The notes beneath the pieces are model-generated. The model saw nothing but the letters and a program-made list of their open reading frames with translations. It was not told the DNA's origin and made no database searches. A stretch of DNA of 25,471 nt from Sandaracinaceae bacterium (GTDB lineage Bacteria; Myxococcota_A; Polyangia; Polyangiales; Sandaracinaceae): positions 12,612 to 38,082 of the forward strand of contig JBGAQA010000065.1 in NCBI GenBank assembly GCA_044220955.1, in the 5' to 3' direction. The first letter of the stretch is position 1, and each line of letters opens with the position of its first letter. Of this stretch, positions 1 through 8,938 are shown piece by piece. Both the position numbers and the translations under genes were made by a program.

Positions 1-45
1 GGTCCCCTGTTTCACCAGCGAGATGCGCTGTCCGCCGATGCACGA

Positions 46-354
46 GTGCCGGAGCGAGCGCTGGGTCTGCGAGTGGATCGGGGATTGAAGGGCTCGTTCC
101 TCGTCGCGGCCGGGCTGCTCGCCGCCTGCGGTACGCGAGCACCCGAGCCGCCACCGCCCGACCCGTGCCGCGAGGCCGCGAGCGACGCGCGTACCTACGG
201 CGAGCCTGCGCTCGACGCCCTCGCCGCGCTCGCCGTCCTCATGTCGCTGCCGAACGACGACCTCGCGCGCTCGCCCCGTCGGCGCGCCGAGCTGCTCGCG
301 CAGGCGAGCGGAGCCGCGCGAGCGCTCGTCGAGGACGCCCGACGGGCGCCCTGA
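46..354 (+). CDS. small hypothetical lipoprotein
   Basis: Hydrophobic stretch with lipobox LAAC followed by a Pro-rich linker; ends just before the ligase RBS. Start uncertain. Confidence 0.45.
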   Translation: MPERALGLRVDRGLKGSFLVAAGLLAACGTRAPEPPPPDPCREAASDARTYGEPALDALAALAVLMSLPNDDLARSPRRRAELLAQASGAARALVEDARRAP

Positions 355-390
355 TCGAGCACGTCGCGCTCGCACGCGTGCGCGAAGGAG

Positions 391-1545
391 ATGGCGTATG
401 GTCCCCCCGTGGTCACTCCACGCACGGCCAAGCCGGCCCCACCGCCACCGACGGGGTTCGTCGTCGAGCCGCCGATCGAGCCCATGCTCAGCAAGCCGAC
501 GGAGGGCGAGTCGATCCCTCGCGGGGACTTCGGCTACGAGCCGAAGTGGGACGGGTTCCGCGCGCTCGTGTTCCGGCGAGGGCCGACGATCTACCTCCAG
601 AGCCGCGACTCACGACCGCTCGATCGCTACTTCCCGGAGCTGGTCGAGGCCCTGCGCGCCAACCTCCCCGAGAGCGTCGTCCTCGACGGAGAGATCGTGA
701 TCGCGACCCCGCGCGGGCTCGACTTCGGCGCGCTGCAGCTGCGCCTGCACCCGGCGGCCTCGCGCGTGGCCAGGCTCGCGGCCGAGCGACCGGCGTCGTT
801 CGTCGCGTTCGATCTCCTCGGGCTCGGCGACGACGACCTGCGAGGCCTGCCGCAGGTGGAGCGGCGCGCGCGGCTCGAGGCGGCCCTCGCCGGCGTGCGG
901 CCGCCGGTGCACGTGACCCCGAGCACGCGCGATCCCGCGCTCGCCGAGCAGTGGTTCCGTCACTTCGAGGGCGCGGGCCTCGACGGGATCATCGTCAAGC
1001 CCGACGCGCAGACCTACCAGCCCGGCAAGCGCGTCATGATCAAAGTGAAGCACGCGCGCACCGCCGACTGCGTGCTCGCGGGCTTCCGCTGGCACAAGGA
1101 CGGCGAGGGCGAGCGCGTCGGCTCGCTCTTGCTCGGTCTCTTCGACGCCGAGGGACGGCTGCACCACGTCGGCGTCACGTCGTCGTTCACGATGGACAGG
1201 CGGCGCGCGCTCGTCACCTTGCTCGCGCCGCTGCGCATGGGCGCGCGGGACGCGCACCCTTGGCGGGAGTGGATGGAGCTCTCGAGTCACGAGGCCGAGG
1301 GCGACGCCGTGCAGCGCCTCCCCGGCGGCCAGAGCCGGTGGAGCCAGGGCAAGGATCTCGCCTGGGAGCCGGTGCGGATCGAGCGGGTCTGCGAGGTGAA
1401 GTACGACCACCTCGAGGGAGATCGCTTCCGGCACGGGACGACCTTCGTGCGCTGGCGCGGCGACAAGCGACCCGAGGAGTGCACGTACGAGCAGCTCGAG
1501 GTCACGCCCCCTTACGAGCTGGCGCGGATCTTCGGACAGCCTTGA
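391..1545 (+). CDS. ligC: ATP-dependent DNA ligase, LigC type
   Basis: Motif I EPKWDGFR, VLDGEIV, FVAFDLL, DGIIVK, KVKH, and a C-terminal OB fold (GSLLLGL, EVKYD...RFRH...WRGDK). GGAG RBS immediately upstream. Confidence 0.92.
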   Translation: MAYGPPVVTPRTAKPAPPPPTGFVVEPPIEPMLSKPTEGESIPRGDFGYEPKWDGFRALVFRRGPTIYLQSRDSRPLDRYFPELVEALRANLPESVVLDGEIVIATPRGLDFGALQLRLHPAASRVARLAAERPASFVAFDLLGLGDDDLRGLPQVERRARLEAALAGVRPPVHVTPSTRDPALAEQWFRHFEGAGLDGIIVKPDAQTYQPGKRVMIKVKHARTADCVLAGFRWHKDGEGERVGSLLLGLFDAEGRLHHVGVTSSFTMDRRRALVTLLAPLRMGARDAHPWREWMELSSHEAEGDAVQRLPGGQSRWSQGKDLAWEPVRIERVCEVKYDHLEGDRFRHGTTFVRWRGDKRPEECTYEQLEVTPPYELARIFGQP

Positions 1546-1584
1546 CCGCGGCACGAAGGGCGAGCCGGTCCGGCCGTTCGATCG

Positions 1585-1590
1585 TATCAT
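1585..1590 (+). promoter_or_regulatory. putative -10 box of a leaderless transcript
   Basis: TATCAT 7 nt before GTG 1598; no Shine-Dalgarno. Confidence 0.5.
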
Positions 1591-1597
1591 CCGCGTC

Positions 1598-2317
1598 GTG
1601 AGAGCTCGGCTCGGGGCGCTACTGTTCTTCTTGATCTCGTCGGGGCCGGGGTCGGCCATCGCGCAGTCGACCGAGCCGCCGCCCGAGGAGCCGGATCCGG
1701 CCTCGGCGGCCAGGGACGCCGAGGGGCGGGGGCTCTTCGAGGCCGGGCGCGCGGCGTTCGCGGACGGGCGCTACGAGGACGCGCTCGACTACTTCGATCG
1801 GGCCTACGCGCTCACGCACCGCCCGGAGCTGCTCTACAACATCGGAAGCGCGAACGACCGCCTCCGCCGGGACGCCGCTGCGCTCGTCGCGTTCGAGGAG
1901 TACGTCCGCGTCCTTCCGACCGCCGCGAACGTGCGGGAGGTGGAGGCGCGGATGCGCGTGCTGCGCGAGAGCCTCGCGGCGGCGTCGCCCGCCACACCCC
2001 CGCCGCCCTCCGAGGGCATCGACGCGAGCGAGACGCGCCCCGCGGACGACACCGTCGCGACGGACGCGCAGGCGGTCGAGCGCGACCAGGCGGCCCACGA
2101 GGCCAGGACGGCGCCGCCCGAGGCGCCGGCGCCCGACGAGGGACCGGGCGTCGTCGGTGAGTGGTGGCTGTGGACGCTGGTCGGTGGGGTCGCCGCCGGG
2201 GCGATCGTCCTGGGCGTCGTCCTCGGGACGCAGGGGTCCGGCGGGACGAGCTATCCACCGTATCTCACTGGCGACAACGGGGTCGTCGTGCTCACGCTCA
2301 CGGCGCCGTTGCCATGA
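1598..2317 (+). CDS. TPR-containing exported protein with C-terminal membrane segment
   Basis: Signal peptide; TPR-like helices (FEAGRAAFADGRYEDALDYFDRAY, LLYNIG); Pro/acidic linker; WWLW-led hydrophobic helix. Confidence 0.8.
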   Translation: MRARLGALLFFLISSGPGSAIAQSTEPPPEEPDPASAARDAEGRGLFEAGRAAFADGRYEDALDYFDRAYALTHRPELLYNIGSANDRLRRDAAALVAFEEYVRVLPTAANVREVEARMRVLRESLAAASPATPPPPSEGIDASETRPADDTVATDAQAVERDQAAHEARTAPPEAPAPDEGPGVVGEWWLWTLVGGVAAGAIVLGVVLGTQGSGGTSYPPYLTGDNGVVVLTLTAPLP

Positions 2318-4122
2318 CTGCTCGCTCCTCGCTCCTCGCGCTCGTCTTCGCGCTCGGCGTCCTGCCTGCGTGTCAGAGCGCCGGCGTCAACACCCAGGTG
2401 ATGGTCACGGTCGACGCCGAGGCGAGCGTCCAGCGCACCACGCGCAGCCTCGTCGTGCGCGTCTACGGCGGCCCGCGCGGGACCGCCCAGCTCGATCTGG
2501 ACCTGCTGCAGGAGATCCCGTTTCCGGTCGCGGCGGGGGACGGCTGGCCGACGCTGATCGCGCTCGCGCCGCTCGATCGGGACGCCACCCGCATCTACCG
2601 CGTCGAGGCGGCCGCGTACGACACGCCCACGCCCACGGAGGCGACGGTGCCGGTGGCGCGGGTCCGCGCGATCAGCGGGTACGTCCCGGAGCAGATCGTG
2701 TGGCTGCGCCTGCTGCTGCAGGACGCGTGCATCGGGCTCGAGTGTACGGACATCCAGACGACCTGCTCGGGGGGCGCGTGCGTGTCGGCCATCCGTCCTG
2801 CGTCCGACCTACCTCGCTGGGGCTCGGACGCCGGGGACGGGATGGACGCGCACGTCGATGACGCCGGAGCCCGCGATGCGGGAGCAGAGGGCGGGACGTT
2901 CGACACCGGTGGCCTCGACCTCGGCACGATCGACGGGGGCGCTGCGGACGTCGGGGGCGACGCCGCGAGCGGCGACTCCGGCTCGGACGCCGGCTCGGAC
3001 GCGGCGAGCTCCGACGCGGGCCCGCCGTGCACGCCGACCTCCTGCGACGACGGGCACACCTGCACCGACGACTTCTGCGGACCGGCGGGGTGCGAGCACT
3101 TCGCGGTGCACTCGCGCTGCGACGACGGCCAGCCGTGCACCGACGATCGCTGCGCCGGCGCCACCGGCGACGGCTGTACCCACACGAACAACACCGTCGC
3201 CTGCGACGACGGGCTCTTCTGCAACGGCCTGGACCAGTGCGCCTCCGGTACCTGCTCGAGCCACCCCAGCGCTCCCTGCATGGCCCCGCTCACGTGCGAC
3301 GAGACGATGGACGTCTGTCTCGGGTGCACGGGCACGAGCGGCTGCCCAGCGCCCACGTTCGGTCCGTGGAGCGGGTGCACGTACGCCGCCCTCTGCGCCA
3401 CGTCGGGGACCCAGTCGCGCGCGACGCAGACGTTCACCTGCATGAGCGGCATGTGCGTCGCGAGCTCGGGCACCGAGGTGACCGCGTGCGGTACGCGCAG
3501 CACGGACGGCCTGACGTGCATGAGCTCGAGCTGCGAGTCTCCCGGGGCGTGTCAGTACGGCAGCACCTGCGATACCACCGGGAGCGCGCCTCGGACGTGT
3601 CACGACTACGCATGCATGTCGGGCTTCTGCGCCGACACGTTCTACTCGAGCTCCTCGCCCTGCTCGCGGACGACCGATGGGCTCGGCTGCGACGACGGCA
3701 ACGCATGTACGGGGCCCGACACCTGCAGCATGTCGATGTGCACGGGGCCGACGAGCTGCGACGCGGGCCCCGGCGATGCAGGCACCACCCGCTGCGACGA
3801 CGGCTTCGACTGCACGGTGGACGTGTTCTTCGGCGGAGGCTGCATGTTCATGCCGGACGACCTGTTCTGCGACGACGGGCTCTCGTGCAGCACCGACCAA
3901 TGTGATCCGCTCGCGCCCGGGCACCTTCCCTCGGGGTGCGTCCACTCGTACCTCGTGTGCATGCCCGACGCCGGCTCCCCGCCCGACAGCGGTGCCGCAG
4001 CGTGCATCATGAACCCGGGGCTCTGCGACGACGCCGACCCGTGCACGGTCGATGCCTGCATGCCCGCCGCTCCGCTCGCCGGTCCCGACGGCTGCACGCA
4101 CCTGCCCGGGGCGGACTGCTGA
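2314..4122 (+). CDS. Cys-rich surface lipoprotein with CDDGxxCTxDxC repeats
   Basis: ATG 2314 overlaps the upstream stop (ATGA); lipobox LPAC; N-terminal beta-rich domain; DAG-rich linker; many CDDG..CT.D.C repeats. Confidence 0.85.
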   Translation: MTARSSLLALVFALGVLPACQSAGVNTQVMVTVDAEASVQRTTRSLVVRVYGGPRGTAQLDLDLLQEIPFPVAAGDGWPTLIALAPLDRDATRIYRVEAAAYDTPTPTEATVPVARVRAISGYVPEQIVWLRLLLQDACIGLECTDIQTTCSGGACVSAIRPASDLPRWGSDAGDGMDAHVDDAGARDAGAEGGTFDTGGLDLGTIDGGAADVGGDAASGDSGSDAGSDAASSDAGPPCTPTSCDDGHTCTDDFCGPAGCEHFAVHSRCDDGQPCTDDRCAGATGDGCTHTNNTVACDDGLFCNGLDQCASGTCSSHPSAPCMAPLTCDETMDVCLGCTGTSGCPAPTFGPWSGCTYAALCATSGTQSRATQTFTCMSGMCVASSGTEVTACGTRSTDGLTCMSSSCESPGACQYGSTCDTTGSAPRTCHDYACMSGFCADTFYSSSSPCSRTTDGLGCDDGNACTGPDTCSMSMCTGPTSCDAGPGDAGTTRCDDGFDCTVDVFFGGGCMFMPDDLFCDDGLSCSTDQCDPLAPGHLPSGCVHSYLVCMPDAGSPPDSGAAACIMNPGLCDDADPCTVDACMPAAPLAGPDGCTHLPGADC

Positions 4123-4248
4123 CCCGCTCGCTCGGCCGGCGGGCTCACTTCCTGCTGGGCCAGGCGCGCAGCGCGAGTCGTTCGCTCGAGATCGCTCCGC
4201 GGCTCGTGCATCGGTAGAAGTCGCCGCGGATCCCGCGGAGGCGTCCGC

Positions 4249-4254
4249 TATGCT
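4249..4254 (+). promoter_or_regulatory. putative -10 box
   Basis: TATGCT 8 nt before TTG 4263. Confidence 0.4.
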
Positions 4255-4262
4255 CTCCGCGC

Positions 4263-5627
4263 TTGGCCAAGTCGGAGAAGATCACGATCGAGGTCGGCGG
4301 GCGCGAGGTCACGATCTCCTCGCCGGCGAAGATCTACTTCCCGGACGCGGGCATCACGAAGCTCGACGTCGTGCACTACTTCCTCGGCGTGGCCGACGGG
4401 GCTCTCCGCGGAGCGGGCGGCCGGCCGAACGTGCTCGTGCGCTACGTCGACGGGATCGCGGCGCCGCCCTTCTGGCAGAAGCGCGCGCCCGAGCATCGGC
4501 CCGACTGGCTTCAGGTCGCCTCGCTCCGATTTCCGTCGGGGCGCACCGCCGAGGAGCTCGTGCCCCGTGAGCCGGCCGCCCTCGCGTGGATGGTGAACCT
4601 CGGGTGCATCGAGCTGCATCCGCATCCCGTGCGCGCCGACGACCTCGAGCACCCGGACGAGCTCCGCGTGGATCTCGATCCGGTGCCGGGAGTGGCGTGG
4701 CCGCAGATCCGCGAGGTCGCGCGCGTGGTGCGCGAGACGCTGGCGGACCTGGGGATGGTCGGGTGGCCCAAGACGTCGGGCTCGCGCGGCATCCACGTCA
4801 ACGTTCGGATCGAGCGGCGCTGGAGCTTCCCCGAGGTGCGCCGCGCCGCCCTCGCGCTCGCCCGCGAGGTCGAGCGTCGCGCGCCGGGGCTCGCGACCAG
4901 CAAGTGGTGGAAGGAGGAGCGGCACGGCGTCTTCCTCGACTACAACCAGAACGCCAAGGATCGGACGGTGGCGAGCGCGTACTCCGTGCGGCCCAGGCCC
5001 GACGCGCGCGTGTCGGCGCCCGTGACCTGGGACGAGCTGATGGAGTGCCGGCCCGAGGACTTCACGCTGCGCACCATGCCGGCGCGCTTCGCGGCGATCG
5101 GCGACCGGCACGGGGGGATCGACGCGCACGCCTGCTCGCTCGAGCGGCTGCTCGAGCTCTCGGCGCGCGACGAGGGCTCGGGGCTCGGGGATGCGCCCTG
5201 GCCGCCGCACTACCGGAAGCAAGACGGAGAGCCGCCGCGCGTGCAGCCCTCGCGCGCCCGGAAGAACTGGTCACCGCCCGAGCCGAGGGCGCCGGGCGAG
5301 CTGCCCCGGGCGTCGAGGCGCAAGAGCACGAAGCCCCTGATCGAGATCGGCCGGGCGGAGAAGAAAGAGGACGCCCTCGCCGGCCTCGAGCGCTGGAAGG
5401 CCAAGCACCCGGACGTCGCGCCGCTGCTCGCGCCGGCCGACGTGCTCGTCGACGCGATGCGCGGCCGCTACACGGCGTGGTGGCGCGTGCGCGTGAACCT
5501 CGAGCACGTGCCGGAGCAGAGGCGGCCGGCTCAGGAGGCGCTCGAGGTCGACTACGACCCGGGGGACATCCGTCCGGTGCGCGCGGGTGGTCCGTCGCGG
5601 CGAGCGGGGAGCGAGGGCGAGAGCTAG
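4263..5627 (+). CDS. stand-alone LigD-type primase-polymerase (AEP; Prim-PolC/PolD-like) with C-terminal extension
   Basis: TKLDVVHY, FWQKRAP, LRVDLDP, KTSGSRGIH, VFLDYNQNAKDRTVASAYSVR, VSAPVTWDE; extra C-terminal domain PLIEIGRA...VLVDAMRGR. Confidence 0.92.
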   Translation: MAKSEKITIEVGGREVTISSPAKIYFPDAGITKLDVVHYFLGVADGALRGAGGRPNVLVRYVDGIAAPPFWQKRAPEHRPDWLQVASLRFPSGRTAEELVPREPAALAWMVNLGCIELHPHPVRADDLEHPDELRVDLDPVPGVAWPQIREVARVVRETLADLGMVGWPKTSGSRGIHVNVRIERRWSFPEVRRAALALAREVERRAPGLATSKWWKEERHGVFLDYNQNAKDRTVASAYSVRPRPDARVSAPVTWDELMECRPEDFTLRTMPARFAAIGDRHGGIDAHACSLERLLELSARDEGSGLGDAPWPPHYRKQDGEPPRVQPSRARKNWSPPEPRAPGELPRASRRKSTKPLIEIGRAEKKEDALAGLERWKAKHPDVAPLLAPADVLVDAMRGRYTAWWRVRVNLEHVPEQRRPAQEALEVDYDPGDIRPVRAGGPSRRAGSEGES

Positions 5628-6097
5628 GGCGCGGGCGCGGGCGCGGTCATGCGAGGGATCTCGACCTCGAGCTCGCCCGGAATCTCGATGAAGCCGACGC
5701 CCGCTTGCTGGTGGCAGGCGTTGCAGCCCGTCGTCGTCGTCGCCCACTCGCGCTCGAAGCGCGCCAGGTCGTGCGCGCGCGCCGCCTCCTCGAGCGGCCG
5801 GAGGCACGAGGTGATGAAGGGCTCGATGCGCGCGTGGATCTCGTCGGGCGCAGGCGCCTCGAGGAGCGGGCCCTCGTAGACCTCGACCAGCTCCTCGACC
5901 TCGTAGGTGGCGAGCTCCCAGCGTCCGATGCGCGCGGCGCGCCCGGAGAGCTCGAGGCGGTGCCCGATCTGCAGCATCAGCGGCCCGAAGCGCGCGAGCG
6001 ATCCCCCCGCGGCGGGCGGAGGCGGCGCGTCCTCGGGCTTGCTTCCGCACGACGAGGCGAGCAGGGCGAGAGCGAGAGCGAGAGGCCGCGGACGCAT
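5624..6097 (-). CDS. lipoprotein c-type cytochrome (helical, C-terminal CxxCH)
   Basis: MRPRPLALALALLASSC lipoprotein signal from ATG 6097; helical body; CNACH near the C-terminus, as in class II (c'-like) cytochromes. Confidence 0.75.
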   Translation of the reverse strand: MRPRPLALALALLASSCGSKPEDAPPPPAAGGSLARFGPLMLQIGHRLELSGRAARIGRWELATYEVEELVEVYEGPLLEAPAPDEIHARIEPFITSCLRPLEEAARAHDLARFEREWATTTTGCNACHQQAGVGFIEIPGELEVEIPRMTAPAPAP

Positions 6098-6112
6098 CGG
6101 GTGATCGTGCAC

Positions 6113-6184
6113 GAGCGCGAGAGCGAGGTCGAGGGCGAGGGCGAGGGCGAGGGCGAGGGCGAGGGCGAGGGCGAGGGCGAGGGC
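6113..6184. repeat. intergenic hexanucleotide microsatellite (GAGGGC)9 plus 3 degenerate units
   Basis: Perfect GAGGGC x9 at 6131-6184, preceded by GAGCGC GAGAGC GAGGTC. Confidence 0.95.
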
Positions 6185-6186
6185 GC

Positions 6187-6777
6187 TCAGCGCCCGCGCA
6201 CGATCTCCCGCAGCGTCTCGTAGTCGCGCTCGGCGATCGCGCCCGTGCGCGCGCAGCGGACGTGGCCCGTCGGATCGACGAGCACGTGGATCGGGATCGT
6301 GGCGCCCGCGTCGAGGCCGAGCGCCGTCAGGAGTGCGGGCAGGCCGCCGGGGTCGTCGAGGCGCGCCGTCTCGGGCACGTCCGTGCGCTCGGCGCGAAAC
6401 GCCGCCAGCGCCTCGGCGGTGGCGTCGACCGACAGGAACGCCAGCGTCACCGGTGCGCCGTCGGCGGCGAGGCGGGCAGGCCATCCGCGCAGGACGGGCA
6501 TCTCCTCGAGGCAGGGGTGACACCAGGTCGCCCACACGTTGATCCAGCGCCACCCGTCCGCCGGCAGCGCGGCGCCCTCCGTGTGGGGCAGCGCGAGCAC
6601 GGGTCCCTCGCCCTCGGGCGCCGAGACGTCGCAGAAGCGCTCCGCCGGGTCCGCGTGGCGCGCGGTCACGGCCTCCGTTCGACGGGTCGCCGGCTCCGGG
6701 GTCACCGTCGTGTCGTCTCCGCAGCCGCTCGCCGCGAGGGCGAGCGCCGCGAGCATCAGAGTCTGCAGTCGATCCAT
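6187..6777 (-). CDS. TlpA/ResA-like thioredoxin lipoprotein
   Basis: Lipobox ASGC; INVWATWCHPCLEEMP; IP..VLVDP.G. Start is 6777, or 6756 (TGATG coupling with the upstream stop). Confidence 0.88.
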   Translation of the reverse strand: MDRLQTLMLAALALAASGCGDDTTVTPEPATRRTEAVTARHADPAERFCDVSAPEGEGPVLALPHTEGAALPADGWRWINVWATWCHPCLEEMPVLRGWPARLAADGAPVTLAFLSVDATAEALAAFRAERTDVPETARLDDPGGLPALLTALGLDAGATIPIHVLVDPTGHVRCARTGAIAERDYETLREIVRGR

Positions 6778-7454
6778 GCGACGAACGCGCTCCGGTTGAG
6801 GTCCTCGGGGGCGCACTGCGACTCGGGTCCACTGCGCGTCCACGCGCAGAAGCTCGGGTCGAGCTGCGCGAATTCCTCGCCGAGCCAGAGCAGGCCCACC
6901 TGGCTGGCGAGGTCGGGATCGTGGAACGTCGCCTCGAGGTGGCTCATCACGGCCTGCGCGCGATCGTGCGAGAGCGCGGTGTTCACCTCGGCCGACCCGT
7001 CCGGCGATGCGCGCGCGACGACGAAGAAGTAGCTCGCGCCGCGGCGGTCCGCGAAGACGCGGTCCACGAGCGTGCTGCCGCTCGCGTCGAGCTCGCTCGA
7101 GGCTCGCTCGAACTGCACGATGCCGCCGCGCTCGCGCATCGGCACGAAGAGCGCGTTGAAGTCGTCGCCGCTCATCGTCGCGACGCTGCGCGCCTCGACG
7201 GGCTGGCAGCCGCGTCCGCTGCCGCCGATCAGGCCGCAGCTGGTGAGCACGCGCCGCAGGATCGTGCGGAGCGCCGGCGTGCAGTACGCCTCGTCGGCCT
7301 CGGCCGCGACGGCCACCTGGGGCTCGTCGCTCGCGGCCGCCTCCGACTCGACGAGGCGCGCGGCAGCGGACGACTGCCACGAGCGCACCATCACCGTGGG
7401 GATCAGGAGTGCGATGAGCGCCAGGACGCCCACGAGGATCGCGCGGCCGCTCAT
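6756..7454 (-). CDS. membrane-anchored protein with divergent OmpA/MotB C-terminal-like domain
   Basis: N-terminal TM; QFERASSEL...ARASPDGSAEVNTALSHDRAQAVMSHL...NRSA resembles F...S..L...GHTD..G....N..LS..RA.AV...L...NRR. Confidence 0.7.
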   Translation of the reverse strand: MSGRAILVGVLALIALLIPTVMVRSWQSSAAARLVESEAAASDEPQVAVAAEADEAYCTPALRTILRRVLTSCGLIGGSGRGCQPVEARSVATMSGDDFNALFVPMRERGGIVQFERASSELDASGSTLVDRVFADRRGASYFFVVARASPDGSAEVNTALSHDRAQAVMSHLEATFHDPDLASQVGLLWLGEEFAQLDPSFCAWTRSGPESQCAPEDLNRSAFVAWIDCRL

Positions 7455-8908
7455 CGCGCGCCTCCCTCTTCGCGATCGAGCAGGCGCGAGAGCGCGTAGT
7501 CGAGCCCGAGGTCCGTGTCCTCGTCACAGAGCCGCACCTCGTCCACGTAGACCTGGGGCGTGAGCACCGGCAGCTGGTTCGCCACGGCCCAGCGCAGCGC
7601 TCGGTTGAGCCGCGCGCGCACGGTGGCGGAGCCGACGCACTCGGAGAGGGCGGGGAAGCGAGCGCGAATCATCCGCGCGACCGCCGCCGTCCCGCCGCTG
7701 CCCTGCGCGGCCTCGTGGATCGCCTCCTGGTTCTCGAACGCCCAGCCGAGCACTTCCTCCGCGTCCTCGTCTGCGCAGAGCACGGCCTCGCTCACGACGC
7801 ACGCGCCAGGGTGGATCGACTCGTCGATCATCCAGTTGCACTCGTGATCGAGGGGGAAGAGCACGGCGCGGCGGCTCACCTCGGCGGCGGCCCGGTGGTG
7901 CGAGAAGCGCTCCTCGAACGCGCGGCAGGACGGGCAGAGCGGATCGAGCACCTCGGTCATCGTCACGCTGCGCGTCTGCGAGCCGAGCGAGACGTAGATG
8001 CTGCCGCCCGCGCTCGTCTCGCCCGCGTCGGGGTGCGCGAGCGTCCCGCAGCTCCCGACGAAGTGCGCGAAGTCGGGCGCACCGCTCGCATACGCGCCGA
8101 CGGGGACCAGCACGAACAAGACGCCGAGCCCGAACGCGCTGGCGAGGACGCCGTAGGAGAGCGCGCTCGGCGCGAGGGGCCGGGCGGCGGAACGCGCTCC
8201 CCGCGCGCCGCGCAGCCGGCGGTCCATCTGCGATGCGGTGGCCAGCCGGATGCGCGCGCCGCCGGCCTCGTCGGTCTCGGTCTCGGCGTCGTCGGGAAGC
8301 GTGGAGTCGGCGAGCGCCGTGTCGGCGGCCTCGAGATCCTTGGGGAACCGGGGAGCCGGCTCGGCGCGCTCCAGCACGTCGTCGATCGTCGCGCTCGGCG
8401 AGGCCCACGCGCCGCGCGCGCGCCACCAGGCGATCAGCGCGAGCACGAGCCCGACGGCGCTCGAGCTGTAGATGCCGATGCAGAGCTTGCAGGCGGCGCC
8501 CAGCTCGTGGAGGGAGAGGTATCCGAAGACGAGCGAGGTGCAGAAGGGAAGGCCCCACGCGAGCGCCTGGTAGCCCGTGCCGCGCGGGTCGCCGTCCTTG
8601 CGTGACACGAGCAGCGCGAGCGCGAGGAACGCCAGGTACGCGAAGACCGCCATGGCGGGCAGCGAGACGGGGATGCCGCCCCAGATGCTGTCGCGCAGGA
8701 CCGACGAGTACGGGCTCATCAAGGTCACGTGGCAGCCGCTCGTACCGGCGACGTCCGGGGTGTCCGCGCCGGGCACGAACGAGCAGTGGATCGCGTGAAC
8801 CTGGCGATCGAGGTGCGCCGTGAAGTCCGACGTGGAGACCGACGCGAAGACGAAGCCGACGATCGCGGTGATCAGAACGGAGACGGCCAGGGCTCGCTGG
8901 GCGAACAT
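7451..8908 (-). CDS. vitamin K epoxide reductase (VKOR) domain fused to DsbA-like thioredoxin domain
   Basis: Loop Cys pair (HCSF...SGCHVTLMSPYS), GIPVS, TM CKLC; C-terminal DPLCPSC, FPLDHECN, TPQ cis-Pro loop. Confidence 0.88.
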   Translation of the reverse strand: MFAQRALAVSVLITAIVGFVFASVSTSDFTAHLDRQVHAIHCSFVPGADTPDVAGTSGCHVTLMSPYSSVLRDSIWGGIPVSLPAMAVFAYLAFLALALLVSRKDGDPRGTGYQALAWGLPFCTSLVFGYLSLHELGAACKLCIGIYSSSAVGLVLALIAWWRARGAWASPSATIDDVLERAEPAPRFPKDLEAADTALADSTLPDDAETETDEAGGARIRLATASQMDRRLRGARGARSAARPLAPSALSYGVLASAFGLGVLFVLVPVGAYASGAPDFAHFVGSCGTLAHPDAGETSAGGSIYVSLGSQTRSVTMTEVLDPLCPSCRAFEERFSHHRAAAEVSRRAVLFPLDHECNWMIDESIHPGACVVSEAVLCADEDAEEVLGWAFENQEAIHEAAQGSGGTAAVARMIRARFPALSECVGSATVRARLNRALRWAVANQLPVLTPQVYVDEVRLCDEDTDLGLDYALSRLLDREEGGAR

Positions 8909-8938
8909 GGCCCCGGTTTGGGCGAGGATCCGCGTGAG

